A stretch of DNA of 64,000 nucleotides, from NCBI GenBank assembly GCA_965219685.1, contig CBDCOH010000002.1:4160001-4224000 (forward strand). The letters are read 5' to 3'. Numbering within the stretch: position 1 is the first letter of the stretch; each line of letters starts with the position of its first letter. Positions 20,500 to 32,588 of the stretch are shown here, one piece after another. A program made the translations under genes and the position numbers. The notes below the pieces were generated by a model that saw nothing but the letters and a program-made list of their open reading frames with translations, was not told the origin of the DNA and searched no databases. The stretch comes from Candidatus Spongiisociaceae bacterium (GTDB lineage: Bacteria; Actinomycetota; Acidimicrobiia; Spongiisociales; Spongiisociaceae).

Positions 20500-21467
20500 C
20501 GGTCCTGGTGACCGGCGGCACCGGGGTGGTCGGAAGGCCGGTCGTGCGGTACCTGGTGGAGGCGGGTAGGCAGGTGCGCGGGCTGGCCCGGTCCGAGGCT
20601 TCCGCCGCGTTGCTGGCGGACATGGGGGCCGTTCCGGTGCGAGGCGACATATGCGAGCGCGACTCCCTGGAGAAGGCCGTAGCCGGCTGTGATGTGGTCT
20701 ACCACATAGCCGGCATGGTCCGGTTCTGCCCGCAGTCCCCGGATCGCCTGTACCGGGTCAACGTCGAGGGGACCCGCAACGTTGTGAGAGCGGCCCGCCG
20801 GGCCGGGGTACGCCGGATGGTTCACACGTCGTCCGTGGTGGCGCTGGGGGAGAAGCCGGGCACGGTCGGCTCGGAGGCGACCACCCACCGCGGTCACTAC
20901 CTGAGCCACTACGGACGGTCAAAACACCAGGGTGAGGAGCTGGCGTTCGCCGAGTCGGGGGACATGAAGGTGGTGGTGGTCAACCCCTCCTCCGTGCAGG
21001 GAGCGGCCCGGACGACCGGGAGTGGCGGCTTGCTCCTCCAGGCGGTCAACGGCCGGTTCAAGTACCTGGTCGACACCCCGATCTCGATCGTGGACACGGA
21101 CGACTGCGCGCGGGGTCACCTCGCGGCGGAGGAGCGGGGGATCGCGGGAGAGCGCTACGTGCTCAGCGGGTTCACGATCTCGCTGCGGCAGGCGGTGGCC
21201 CTGATGGGTGACCTGACCGGGCGCCGGTACCGGATCCGTTTCATACCGAGGATCCTGCTGGCGCCGGCGGGCCTGGTAGCGGACTCCGTCGGGAAGTATG
21301 TCGACTCGGTCCCGCTGTGCAGGGAGACCGTGCACCTGATGCGGTACGGCGCCAGCTACGACGGCTCGCGGGCCCGCTGGGAGTTGGGCGTGGACTACCG
21401 GTCGCCGCGGGAGACGTTCGCCAGGGCGCTCGAGTCCTTCCGGGCCGCCGGCCTCACCAACATCTGA
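20496..21467 (+). CDS. NAD-dependent epimerase/dehydratase (HpnA/dihydroflavonol reductase-like)
   Basis: VTGGTGVVG, VNVEGTRNV, HTSS, YGRSK. Confidence 0.88.
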   Translation: MTVLVTGGTGVVGRPVVRYLVEAGRQVRGLARSEASAALLADMGAVPVRGDICERDSLEKAVAGCDVVYHIAGMVRFCPQSPDRLYRVNVEGTRNVVRAARRAGVRRMVHTSSVVALGEKPGTVGSEATTHRGHYLSHYGRSKHQGEELAFAESGDMKVVVVNPSSVQGAARTTGSGGLLLQAVNGRFKYLVDTPISIVDTDDCARGHLAAEERGIAGERYVLSGFTISLRQAVALMGDLTGRRYRIRFIPRILLAPAGLVADSVGKYVDSVPLCRETVHLMRYGASYDGSRARWELGVDYRSPRETFARALESFRAAGLTNI

Positions 21468-21515
21468 GCCGCCCGGGGCCCGGCACCGATCTGCTTTGCC
21501 GGACGTGCCGGTACG

Positions 21516-24500
21516 ATGGGTTTCCTCGTGCCCGCACCACTGTCAGCCCTGCTGGATCGTTGGCGTCCCCGCCATCTCCCCCAAGCTCCCGGAAGGCGGG
21601 TCGTGCCCCCGTCGGCCCGGGCCCTCACGCTGGGGGGGCTCTCCACATACGCCGAGGGGCCCCTGCTGGCGGTGGTCCCGTCGGAACGCGAGGCCGAGGC
21701 CCTGGCCGCCGATCTGCGGCTGTTCACCGACGATGTCATGCTTCTCCCCTCGTGGGAGACCCTTCCGTTCGAGCACGTCTCCCCCAACACGGGGACCATG
21801 GCCCGCCGGGCCGAGGCCCGGCGCCGCCTCGCTCGGGGCCGAGCAGGTCTGGTGGTCGTGGCGTCGGTCCGGGCGACCGTCCAGAGGGTGAGCGGGTCCT
21901 CGACCGCGCCGGTAGTGGCGAGCGCCGGCGCCGAGGTGGAGTTCGAGGCTCTCGTGAGGAGCCTCGACGAGGCGGGCTACTCCCGGACGGATCGAGTCGA
22001 GTCGAGGGGTGAGTTCGCGGTCCGGGGAGGTATCGTCGACGTCTTCCCCGCCCAGTCGGACTCCGCGGTCAGGGTCGACTTCTGGGGGGATCACATCGAC
22101 GAGATAAGGGCATTCTCGGTCGGCTCTCAGCGGTCGATGGGACAGGTGGGGGAACTGCGCGCCTACCCGGCCCGGGAGTTCCGCCCCGATCGGGCGGTTC
22201 GCGAAGCCGCGCGGGCTCTGCGGTCGACCGAACCGTGGGCCTACTCGATCTGGGACCGCATCGCCGAGGGTGTCAGGTTCGCCGGTATGGAGTCGTGGCT
22301 ACCGTGGCTCACCCCGGCCCGCAGCTTGCTGCATGACCTACCCGGTTCGGGGACGCTGGTGCTCCTCGATCCTGTACGGGCCCGGGCGCGGGCGGACGAT
22401 CTGGCTCGGGAGGAGCAGGACCTGGCCGAGGCGCTGGCGGGGACGTGGGGCGAGCGCTACCGGGCCGACGGACGCCGTCCGTCGCTGTTCCTCGACCTGG
22501 TCTCGGAGCTCCCGGAGCGCCTCATCGAGTGCCCGCCGCTCCCGGCCCGCCCCGAGGATCGGCAGATCGAGGTGGGGGCGCTGGATGCCACGCCCGGGGA
22601 TCCGGATGCGGTCGCGACCGGTCTGACCCGGCTCATGGCCCGCGGGGTCGATGTCGTGCTGGCCATGGACGGGAAGCCCGCCGCCGCCAGAGTGGCGAGG
22701 ATCCTCGGCGAGCACGGTCTGGACCTCCCCCTCATCGAGGGCCTCGAGGGCGCCGGCAGGTCCGGGATAGTCGGTGAGGGTATCCACACCGGAGTAGTAC
22801 TCCCGGCGCTCAAGCTGGCAGTGCTGGGCGAGCGGGAGATCGTGGGCCGCCGCAGGACTCACCGCCGTCCGGGCCGGAGGACCTCGGGGTCCGGACCCGC
22901 CTACCAGGATCTGACGCCGGGAGACTACGTGGTCCACAGCCAGCACGGCATCGGCCGGTTCGACGGCCTGGCCAGCCGGACCATCGCCGGGGTCGAGCGC
23001 GACTACCTGGTCATCGCCTACGCCAAGGGAGACCGGCTCTACGTCCCCACCGATCAACTGGCTGCGGTCCGCAAGTACACGGGGGGTGAGTCGCCCAGGG
23101 TGAGCCGGATGGGGGGCAGCGACTGGGCGGCGACGCGGAGCCGGGTGCGCCGGGAGGCCGCGGTCGTGGCCGACCACGTGGTGGAGGTCCACCGGGCAAG
23201 GGCGGCGGCGCAGGGTCACGCCTTCGCTCCGGATACGCCGTGGCAGCAGGAGGTGGAGGACGCCTTCCCCTACGAGGAGACCCGTGACCAGTTGGCGGCC
23301 ATACACGATGTCAAGGAGGACATGGAGTCACCCACACCCATGGACCGCCTGGTATTCGGGGATGTCGGTTTCGGCAAGACGGAGGTGGCGCTGCGAGCTG
23401 CCTTCAAGGCGGTCGCCGACGGGTTCCAGGTGGCGATGCTCTGTCCCACCACGCTCCTGGTCCAGCAACACTTCCAGACCTTCTCCGAGCGGTTCGACCC
23501 CTATCCGATCCGGGTGGAGATGCTCAGCAGGTTCCTGACGCCGGCCCAGGCCCGGAGGGTCGTGGCCGGCCTCCGGACGGGCGAGGTGGACGTGGTGATC
23601 GGCACCCACGCGCTGCTGTCCGAGCGGGTGGAGTTCCGCAGGTTGGGGCTGCTGGTCGTGGACGAGGAGCATCGGTTCGGTGTCAAGGCGAAGGACCGGG
23701 TCAAGGCTGTGGCGGTCGGCGTCGATGTGCTGACCCTGACCGCCACCCCGATACCGCGAACGCTCGAGATGGCGCTCACCGGCATCCGTGACGTGAGCCA
23801 CATACTGACGCCGCCGGAGGACCGCCATCCGATCCTCACCTACGTCGGCCCCTACGACGCCCGGGTCACCTCGGCCGCCATCCGCAGGGAGTTGCTGAGG
23901 GAGGGTCAGGTCTTCTACGTCCACAACCGGGTCCGGTCGATCGAACACGCGGTGGCGAGACTCCGGGAGTTGGTGCCGGACGCCCGCTACGGGGTGGCTC
24001 ACGGGCGGATGAGCGAGGGTCGCCTGGAGCAGACGATGCTGGACTTCTGGGATCACCGGTACGACGTCCTCGTGGCCACCACCATCATCGAGTCCGGATT
24101 GGATCTTCCGCAGGTCAACACGCTCATCGTCGAGCGGGCCGACCAGCTCGGGCTGGCCCAGATCTACCAGCTGCGGGGCCGCGTCGGCCGGTCGGGCAGG
24201 CGGGCCTACGCCTACCTATTCCACCCGGAGGATCCCAGGCTGTCCGAGACCGCCTACCGCCGCCTGGAGGCGGTGGGGGAGTTCACTGACCTTGGGTCGG
24301 GAATGCACCTGGCCAGGCGCGACCTCGAGATCCGGGGCGCCGGATCGGTACTCGGCGAGATGCAGTCCGGCCACATCGCGGCGGTCGGATTCGACCTGTA
24401 CGTGGAGCTGGTCTCCGAAGCGGTGGCAGAGCGGATGGGCACCGAACTTCCCTCCGCCCCGCGCCAGGAGGTGCGGATCGACCTCCCCGTCGACGCCCAC

Positions 24501-24923
24501 CTTCCTGATGGCTACGTCACCGAGCAGGCGGCCCGCCTCGAGGCATACCGGCGGCTGGCCGGGGCCGACACCCACGCCGAGGTGGACGACGTGGCGGCCG
24601 AGTGGCGCGACCGGTACGGGCCGTTGCACGGGGAGGCCGAGCGCCTGATCGAGATCGCGCGCCTGCGCGTGGAGGCCATCCGGATCGGTATCGACGAGAT
24701 CGTAAACCTGCGTCGCGAGGTGAGGCTCGCGCCCGTCGACCTCGCCCAGTCACAGGAGATACGGCTCCAGAGGTTGGCGCCCCGGGCGATCCTGCGCGCC
24801 GCCCAAGGCCGATTGTTCCTGCCCGTGCCTCCATCCGGTGATCTCCTTCGCTACCTGCTGGATTTCCTGGTGGCCATGTGGCCCCCGCCGACTGACCCGG
24901 ACAGCACCACGAATAGGCCGTAG
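21516..24923 (+). CDS. mfd: Transcription-repair coupling factor
   Basis: GEFAVRGGIVDVFP, CarD-like domain, GDVGFGKTEVA, DEEHRFG, QLRGRVGR, TRCF domain. Confidence 0.97.
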   Translation: MGFLVPAPLSALLDRWRPRHLPQAPGRRVVPPSARALTLGGLSTYAEGPLLAVVPSEREAEALAADLRLFTDDVMLLPSWETLPFEHVSPNTGTMARRAEARRRLARGRAGLVVVASVRATVQRVSGSSTAPVVASAGAEVEFEALVRSLDEAGYSRTDRVESRGEFAVRGGIVDVFPAQSDSAVRVDFWGDHIDEIRAFSVGSQRSMGQVGELRAYPAREFRPDRAVREAARALRSTEPWAYSIWDRIAEGVRFAGMESWLPWLTPARSLLHDLPGSGTLVLLDPVRARARADDLAREEQDLAEALAGTWGERYRADGRRPSLFLDLVSELPERLIECPPLPARPEDRQIEVGALDATPGDPDAVATGLTRLMARGVDVVLAMDGKPAAARVARILGEHGLDLPLIEGLEGAGRSGIVGEGIHTGVVLPALKLAVLGEREIVGRRRTHRRPGRRTSGSGPAYQDLTPGDYVVHSQHGIGRFDGLASRTIAGVERDYLVIAYAKGDRLYVPTDQLAAVRKYTGGESPRVSRMGGSDWAATRSRVRREAAVVADHVVEVHRARAAAQGHAFAPDTPWQQEVEDAFPYEETRDQLAAIHDVKEDMESPTPMDRLVFGDVGFGKTEVALRAAFKAVADGFQVAMLCPTTLLVQQHFQTFSERFDPYPIRVEMLSRFLTPAQARRVVAGLRTGEVDVVIGTHALLSERVEFRRLGLLVVDEEHRFGVKAKDRVKAVAVGVDVLTLTATPIPRTLEMALTGIRDVSHILTPPEDRHPILTYVGPYDARVTSAAIRRELLREGQVFYVHNRVRSIEHAVARLRELVPDARYGVAHGRMSEGRLEQTMLDFWDHRYDVLVATTIIESGLDLPQVNTLIVERADQLGLAQIYQLRGRVGRSGRRAYAYLFHPEDPRLSETAYRRLEAVGEFTDLGSGMHLARRDLEIRGAGSVLGEMQSGHIAAVGFDLYVELVSEAVAERMGTELPSAPRQEVRIDLPVDAHLPDGYVTEQAARLEAYRRLAGADTHAEVDDVAAEWRDRYGPLHGEAERLIEIARLRVEAIRIGIDEIVNLRREVRLAPVDLAQSQEIRLQRLAPRAILRAAQGRLFLPVPPSGDLLRYLLDFLVAMWPPPTDPDSTTNRP

Positions 24924-24995
24924 CGGACTCTCCCCGGTAGCATCGGCAGCCGAATCCGGATGTGGAGACCGGGAAACTCTTTGGAAGGAGGCGGG

Positions 24996-25939
24996 TTGCC
25001 CAGCTTCTTATCTAGCCGGAGCCGCCTCACGAGCCGCACGGCGTTCGTACCCGTGCTCGCGCTCGCCGTCGTGCTGGCTGCCTGCGGAGTTCCGACCAGG
25101 TTGCCACCGTCGACGGAGAAGCGGTCACGTTCGACGAGGTGGCCGCGCTGATTCCATCCGAGGGCGACACCGTGGACACCGGTGTCTTCGCCCGGTCGCT
25201 GATGCTGGTGATCTCCGAGAGGGTGCTCACCTCCGAGGCCGAGCGGCAGTTCGGGTTGGTGTTCACCGAAGGTGACATCGAGGCCATGGTCGACGAGTTG
25301 GTCCTCCAGAGCGGCCAGACCGAGGAGGAAATTCTCACGAACTACAACCTGACCGACGCCTCGCTGCGGTCCATAGGCGCCCAGCAACTCCTGGCCGACC
25401 GGGTCATCCCCGAGTTGGTCGCCGACCAGCCCGATCCCGGCGAGGCTGATCTAATGGCCCGCTACGACGAGATGTTGCCGGGCCTCACGCAGGTGTGCAG
25501 CTCTCACATACTCCTCGAGACCTCCGAGGACGCGCAGGCGGCCCTCCGGAGGGCCGAGGCCGGCGAGGATTTCGCAGCCCTGGCGATGGAGCTGTCCACC
25601 GGTCCGAGCGGTCCAGGCGGGGGAGAGCTCGGGTGCACATCACCCACCAGCTTCGTTGCGGAGTTCGCAGAGGCGATCCAGGTGGCCGAGTTGGGGGTTC
25701 CCTACGGACCGGTCCAGACCCAGTTCGGCTGGCACGTGATCCTCGTATCCGACCGCGTCGTACCGGGATTCGAGGATATGCGGGAACAGATCGTCACCGA
25801 GTTGAAAGCAGCCGGCAGCGAGCAACTGTGGATAGCGTGGCTCACCGACGCCCTGGTCGCCGCCGACGTGCAGGTGGAAGCCGAGTACGGCACCTGGACG
25901 ACCGACCCGGCTCCCAACATCATCCCACCGGGAAGCTGA
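24996..25939 (+). pseudogene. PrsA/parvulin-type peptidyl-prolyl isomerase lipoprotein, frameshifted near 25090 (real lesion or sequence error)
   Basis: SD GGAGG + TTG, and a signal peptide ending LAAC in one frame. The SDQVATVDGEAVTF…SHIL…DFAALAMELS…GGELG…TQFGWHVI rotamase domain is in another frame. Confidence 0.75.
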
Positions 25940-27375
25940 CCAGCCCGCTGATCGTCGCCGGCCTCGGACCGGGAACGCTGGACCGGACACCGGCCGGCAT
26001 CATGGAGGTGGTTCTCGACCCCTGCTATCAGGTGATCCTCCGGACCGGGCGCCATCCGGCCGCGGCACAACTGATGGAGCGCAGGGATGTGACAGCCTGC
26101 GACGATCTCTACGAATCGGCGGAGACATTCGAGGAGGTATACGAGTCCATCGTGGCCCGGGTGCTGGAGATGTCGGGGACAGGCCCTGTGGTCTACGCGG
26201 TTCCCGGCAGCCCTCTGTACGGCGAGAGATCGGTCGCCCTACTGCGGGCCCGCTGCCGGGAGCTGGGCAGATCGGTGGAGGTGCTCCGGGCGCCTTCCTT
26301 CCTCGACGAGGTGTTCGCCGCCCTGGAGAGGGACCCCACCGAGACCGGGTTCACCCTCCTGGACGGCCGCGACCTGCCGGATCCTCTGCTGCTCCACCTG
26401 CCGACCGTGGTGTTCCAAGTCGATACCGAGATTGTGATCGACGACGTGTTGGGACGCTTCCGCCGCACCCTCCCAGCCGATACGCCCATCACCGTGCTCT
26501 CGGAACTCGCCACGCCCGGCGCCACGGTGATGACCTACCCCATCGGCGAGGTCCCGGCCGGGCTGGCCGGTCTGAGGACCACCCTGTTCCTGGATCCACC
26601 CGGCACCGGCTTGGTGGGGGCGATCAAGGCGATGCGGCGCCTGAGGGTGGAATGCCCCTGGGATCGCCGCCAGACCCACGACTCTCTCATGCCCTTTGCG
26701 GTCGAGGAGACGTTCGAGTTGCTCGACGCCGTCGGCCACCTTCCCCCCGGGTCGCCCGATGTGGAGGAACCCGACTACGTGGCCTACACCGACGTGGAGG
26801 AGGAACTCGGCGACCTGCTGCTACAGGTGATCTTCCACTCGAACCTGGCATCCGAGGTGGGGGCCTTCGACGTCGAGGACGTCGGGGAGACCCTGCTGCG
26901 CAAGCTGGTGCATCGACATCCCCACGTATTCGGGGATGTCGAGGTCGAGGGCGCCGAGCAGGTGGTGGCCAACTGGCGGGCCATCAAGGCGGCCGCCAAG
27001 CCCCGCGAGTCCCTGATGGACGGCGTTCCCGGATCCCTGCCCGGCCTGGACCGGGCGATCAAGGTGCAGCGCCGGGCCGCCCGGGTGGGATTCGACTGGC
27101 CCGACGCCCGGTCCGTGGTGGGCGACGTGGAGGAGGAACTGGAGGAACTGGTCGAGGTGATCGACCGGCCGGAAGCCGCCGACGAACTCGGCGACCTCCT
27201 CTTCGCGGTCGCCAACCTGGCCCGCCATCTCGAGGTCGAGCCCGAGATCGCCCTCCGGAGAGCCGTCGACCGCTTCGAGCGCCGCTTCCGCCGCATGGAG
27301 GAACTCGACGACCTCGAGTCCGCCGATCTCGCTCGTCTCGACGCCCTATGGGAGCAGGCCAAGAGCGAGGAGTGA
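25936..27375 (+). CDS. mazG: Tetrapyrrole-methylase-like/MazG nucleoside triphosphate pyrophosphohydrolase (YabN-type)
   Basis: IVAGLGPG N-terminus, VYAVPGSP, CPWDRRQTHDSL, EELGDLLLQV, GFDWPD. Start probably CTG within a CTGA overlap. Confidence 0.88.
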   Translation: MTSPLIVAGLGPGTLDRTPAGIMEVVLDPCYQVILRTGRHPAAAQLMERRDVTACDDLYESAETFEEVYESIVARVLEMSGTGPVVYAVPGSPLYGERSVALLRARCRELGRSVEVLRAPSFLDEVFAALERDPTETGFTLLDGRDLPDPLLLHLPTVVFQVDTEIVIDDVLGRFRRTLPADTPITVLSELATPGATVMTYPIGEVPAGLAGLRTTLFLDPPGTGLVGAIKAMRRLRVECPWDRRQTHDSLMPFAVEETFELLDAVGHLPPGSPDVEEPDYVAYTDVEEELGDLLLQVIFHSNLASEVGAFDVEDVGETLLRKLVHRHPHVFGDVEVEGAEQVVANWRAIKAAAKPRESLMDGVPGSLPGLDRAIKVQRRAARVGFDWPDARSVVGDVEEELEELVEVIDRPEAADELGDLLFAVANLARHLEVEPEIALRRAVDRFERRFRRMEELDDLESADLARLDALWEQAKSEE

Positions 27376-27485
27376 CGGGCAGGCCGCCGTTGCAACTGAA
27401 CGGTCTCCCGCCCCACTCCCGGGACACGACTCCGGAGGATCTACGGCGGCCTGACGCTTCGCTCGACCCCTGTCCCCCACCTTGA

Positions 27486-28876
<1,391 letters not shown>

Positions 28877-28877
<1 letters not shown>

Positions 28878-29278
28878 TGGTGGCAGCGCGAAGGCGCCGT
28901 GGACTCTTGATCCCCCTGTTCTTGGTGGTGCTGCTGCTCGTGGCCGCCGTGGACGTGTTCCCGGTGCGCCAACTCATATCCCAGAACCGGGAGCGGCAGG
29001 TGGTAGAGGCCCGGTTGGCCGAGATCCAGGCTGAGAACGCCCAGTTGGAACGCGAGATCGAGGCTCTCCACAGCCCGTCAGCGATCGAACGCATCGCTAG
29101 AGCCGACTTCGGGTACGTACGCCCGGGGGAGGTCAGCTACGTGGTGTTCGAGCCCCCAGAGGAGGGGACGGAGGAGTCCGGAATGGTGGAGACCGCAACG
29201 GTCCCGGTCCCCGAGTCCGGCGGGTTCTGGGAGGCCGTGTGGGACTACGTGACCGGCCGGGATGTCGTCGTTGAATGA
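28877..29278 (+). CDS. ftsB: Septum formation initiator (FtsB/DivIC)
   Basis: TM helix, coiled coil, IERIARADFGYVRPGE; directly after eno. Confidence 0.85.
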
Positions 29279-29804
29279 CCGCGACCTGGTCGCGGTACAG
29301 ATAGGCCGTCCTTCGAGAGCCCCGATCGCGACCCTTTCCCGCTGCCATCTCTCCCTTCCGGTAGTGGTCCGGGTCCCCCCGGTGCTCGAGGACGGAACCC
29401 CGTTCCCTACCCTCTACTGGCTCACGTGCCCTCTGGCGGTGAAGCGGGTGAGCCGCCTCGAGAGCGGGGGAGGGGTCAAGTCGATGGAGCGCCGGGCCGC
29501 CCAGGTCCCCGAGTTCGGAGCCGCACTGGATGCCGCCCATGCCTGCTACGAGGCACAGCGGGATAAGCTGCTGCCGCCCGGCGCCGACCCGCGGCCCACC
29601 GGGGGAGTGGCCGGTGCCCGGCGAGGCGTCAAGTGTCTCCACGCCCACTACGCCGACACCCGAGCGGGCAACGCCAACCCGGTCGGCGAGCTGGTGGCCC
29701 CGTGGGTCGAGCCTCTGGACTGCGCCGTTCCCTGCATCGTCGAGCACAAGGGGCGGCCCACCCGCAACCCGCAGTGGACGGAGCCACGTCGGCGCCGGTC
29801 GTAG
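29262..29804 (+). CDS. DUF501 family protein
   Basis: DGTPFPTLYWLTCP and VKCLHAH motifs; conserved position after divIC. Confidence 0.88.
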   Translation: MSSLNDRDLVAVQIGRPSRAPIATLSRCHLSLPVVVRVPPVLEDGTPFPTLYWLTCPLAVKRVSRLESGGGVKSMERRAAQVPEFGAALDAAHACYEAQRDKLLPPGADPRPTGGVAGARRGVKCLHAHYADTRAGNANPVGELVAPWVEPLDCAVPCIVEHKGRPTRNPQWTEPRRRRS

Positions 29805-29849
29805 ATACCTATTGCCGAGCGCCGGACCCCCCGCGAGAATGGACCGACA

Positions 29850-29934
29850 GCCCGGGTGACGGAATTGGTAGTCGTGGCGGACTTAAACTCCGCTGCCCCT
29901 TAGGGGCGTGTGGGTTCGAATCCCACCCCGGGTA
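29850..29934 (+). tRNA. tRNA-Leu(UAA), long variable arm, CCA not encoded
   Basis: Acceptor GCCCGGG/CCCGGGT-A, anticodon arm GCGGA-CTTAAAC-TCCGC, variable arm GCCCC-TTA-GGGGC, T-arm GTGGGTTCGAATCCCAC. Confidence 0.95.
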
Positions 29935-30534
29935 CGCCGGTCTCGCAACGTCCCTGGTTGTTTCCAGATGGTTCTCGCATCACCCATCTCACCACCCGAG
30001 GGCGTCCGTTGGGCGAAGCCCGTCTAGCGATCGGTAGGTGTGACCGCGCCGAGATGCCGACGTGGCCGGGCCGACCTCCGCACCAATCAGCTGTCATCAT
30101 GCTGGGTCTGCACACTCCGCCCGTAGCTCTGAACCGGGTCGGATAGTCCGTTAACCGGGTTCGGAGTCCTCTTAGGGGAGGGTACGTGGCTAGCGCGGAT
30201 TTTCCGTTTGTAGGGTCGTCCTAAAGGAAATGTCCAGGACCACCCTACGGCTGTCCGTCGGCCTGCCGGCGGATCCTGTGTCAATCAGCCGGGTAGCCGT
30301 GTCCTCTTGTCAACACCGTATAGGGCAAGTGTGATCGGATGTGAGCGGCGGGGCGGGGCAGAGCCCGACGGTTGGCAGCCTCAACTGCCCGGCGACCCAC
30401 CAATCCTCCCGGTGCGCTTGTTCTGAGCAGATCCGAAGGAGCCAGACGCCGCTGCTTCTTCCGTTTGTTATGCGACACTGCTGCTGCCTGTCAAGGCCGG
30501 TCGAATACTGCGCGGTCTAGTGGGTGAGTTGGTG

Positions 30535-30632
30535 GATGCCTCCTTCGTTTGCCTCTGAGTCGGTAGCCTTGGCCTCGAGGACGATGACTTGCGTGGTGGA
30601 CGAGGCGGTCGACCATGGCTGCGACGGTGGCC
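30535..30632 (-). mobile_element. IS21-family istB C-terminal relic (frameshifted)
   Basis: Minus strand reads ATVAAMVDRLVHHA / VIVLE / GYRLRGKR across shifts, resembling the IstB end AxxDRLVHHAEVIxLxGxSYR. Confidence 0.65.
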
Positions 30633-31248
30633 GATTTGTCGTTCAGTCATCCGACCCCGTGATCGGATTTGATTCGGCGTATGCCTCTGTACCGGCGCCC
30701 GGTTGGTGGGTGTCCGATGGCTGCTATTCGGGTGCTCTCCGAACGGAGTGTGCACTACATCGAACGAAGATGGAGGCCCGGCAGACGGAGCGATCTCGGG
30801 TATTGCGGGTACGGGCCGGATGCCTGTATTACCCGACCAGTCCGAAGCCGGGCTACCAGGGGTGACGGGACCCATTTGACCAGCTTCCCACCGGTCGGGG
30901 ACCCTCGGTATTGTCCGGTGATCGTGGGCGGGGGAGTCTGACGGTCCGAACGGTGAGCGGGATTTGTGTCGGTGTCTTCCAGGGGGAGGCATTCGTGTGG
31001 GGTCTGTGTGGACGGCTCCGTTGTCTGCGCTTCACCGAGCGTCTGCTGCTCCAACAAACTGCCTCCAACGGCCTGGACGGAAGGGGTCGGCTCAGAACAG
31101 CGGGGAGTGCCTCAATCAGTGAGAATGTTCTGCCGAGCTTGTAGGTCCCGGCGTATCGGTTCTGCTCTGGCGGACTCCTACCCCGCAGCAGATCCCCCTA
31201 CTCCCCCCACTCCCGAAGAGCCAACAAGTCACAACATACCTGTCGGAG

Positions 31249-31313
31249 TTTACAATAATATCACATATTTAGCAGAGTATCTTATGGCTAACTTACGCTC
31301 AGACGGGTAGAAT
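31249..31313 (+). promoter_or_regulatory. Four-box element copy 1 (orphan, no intact gene downstream)
   Basis: TTTACA/ATCACA/CTTATG/CTTACG at offsets 0/11/32/43, TAGAAT at +59. Confidence 0.7.
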
Positions 31314-31609
31314 GGGTGAACTCTCGGGCACCTATCTGGACTGTTCTCGACACCGGCGCGGGTATGGATCTAAACAGATAGGTGCCCGACGCCACGAGCT
31401 CGATTAAGCCTGGATCCACCGATCCGGCTGGTGGGCGGCGGGTTGGTTCTGGTTGTGCTCGGTATGGAGTGGGTTCAGCAGAGTTGGGGAAGAGAGCGGA
31501 GGTTACCGAGGGTGGTCAGGTAGATGTTGGCCCAGGCCCAGCGGGTGGGTAGGCGAAGGATGTGCCGAAGAGGCGGGTGCGGCCTACGATTAGGCGGAGT
31601 TTCATTCTC

Positions 31610-32170
31610 TCGATGTCCTCGACCGTCTTCTGTCGCCCGCTGGTTCACCGAAGGCTGGACTCTGGTTCGGCGGGAACTGCATCGCCGCCCCCTAGATCAG
31701 CGTCCCCCGATATATGAGCCGGATCTGTTCCGAGCCCGCTTCACGTTTTCCTGCGGCGGAGGATCATCTCAGCTCCACCCACCAGGACCTGGGGCGGCTG
31801 TTCGATGCTCATCCACGGCTGCGAACCGCCTGAGACGCGCTCCGGGAACACTACCAGTTCTACGAAGCCGAAGACCTCGAGGGCGCCAACCAAGCGCTGG
31901 GACGGTTCGCCGACTTCTTCGCTACAGGCCAGATCCCCGAATACCACCAAGTGACACCATCATCGCGTGGGGAGAAGAGATCCTGGCCTACCACAGCAGC
32001 AGACGAGCATCCAATGGACCGATCGAGGGGATCAACGACCTCCACCCGGTCCTACGCGACGTCGCTCACGGGTTCACCAACACCAACAGTTCCGCAGCCC
32101 GAGGACTCCTCGTAACATAACCCCCACACCGACAACAGCGCCCAATACCCAACGAAATCGCGCAGCTTCG
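31610..32170 (+). mobile_element. ISL3-family transposase relic
   Basis: Fragments …LVRRELHRR…DLFRARF, HPRLRTA*DALRE and WGEEILAYH…ASNGPIEGIN…VAHGFTN (ISL3 C-terminal motif), with a stop and frameshifts. Confidence 0.75.
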
Positions 32171-32182
32171 CTTATTGTCGGC

Positions 32183-32310
32183 CTAGGCGTCCATTAGTTC
32201 GCGGCGGCGTTGCAGGAGGTCGCTTCTCGCATATGCCTGCTCGGCGGAGGAACCGACCGGATGCGCGAGGCATGCTTCTGCTACTTCGCGGACAGTGCCT
32301 GTGAGACGCT
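32183..32310 (-). pseudogene. Tyrosine integrase C-terminal relic (P4-like)
   Basis: REVAEACLAHPVGSSAEQAYARSDLLQRRRELMDA matches the box-II LAH…AY(catalytic Tyr)xRSDLLxRRRxLM end of phage integrases. Confidence 0.7.
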
Positions 32311-32523
32311 CCCTAAGGAGCTCTGACTCGACCACCTCCACACGGGCCTGTACCTGTAGCCTCTCCACAACGCCCGACCTTCCCGGCCCGGGCCAGCGGG
32401 ATCGTATCCCCATCTGGTGGGCCTGCCACTGCTCATCACGGCGGTTCACGGCGATCACGTCAGGTCTTGTTCACCGAGCGGTGCCCAGGCTGACCCGATC
32501 CGATTCGCGAAAACCCCTGGCGG

Positions 32524-32588
32524 TTTACAGTAATTTCATATAGATTGCCTATGATCTCATGACTATCTTATGCTGACGTTTGTCGGGT
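32524..32588 (+). promoter_or_regulatory. Four-box element copy 2, upstream of the giant SLH gene
   Basis: TTTACA/TTCATA/CTCATG/CTTATG at 0/11/32/43. Confidence 0.72.
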
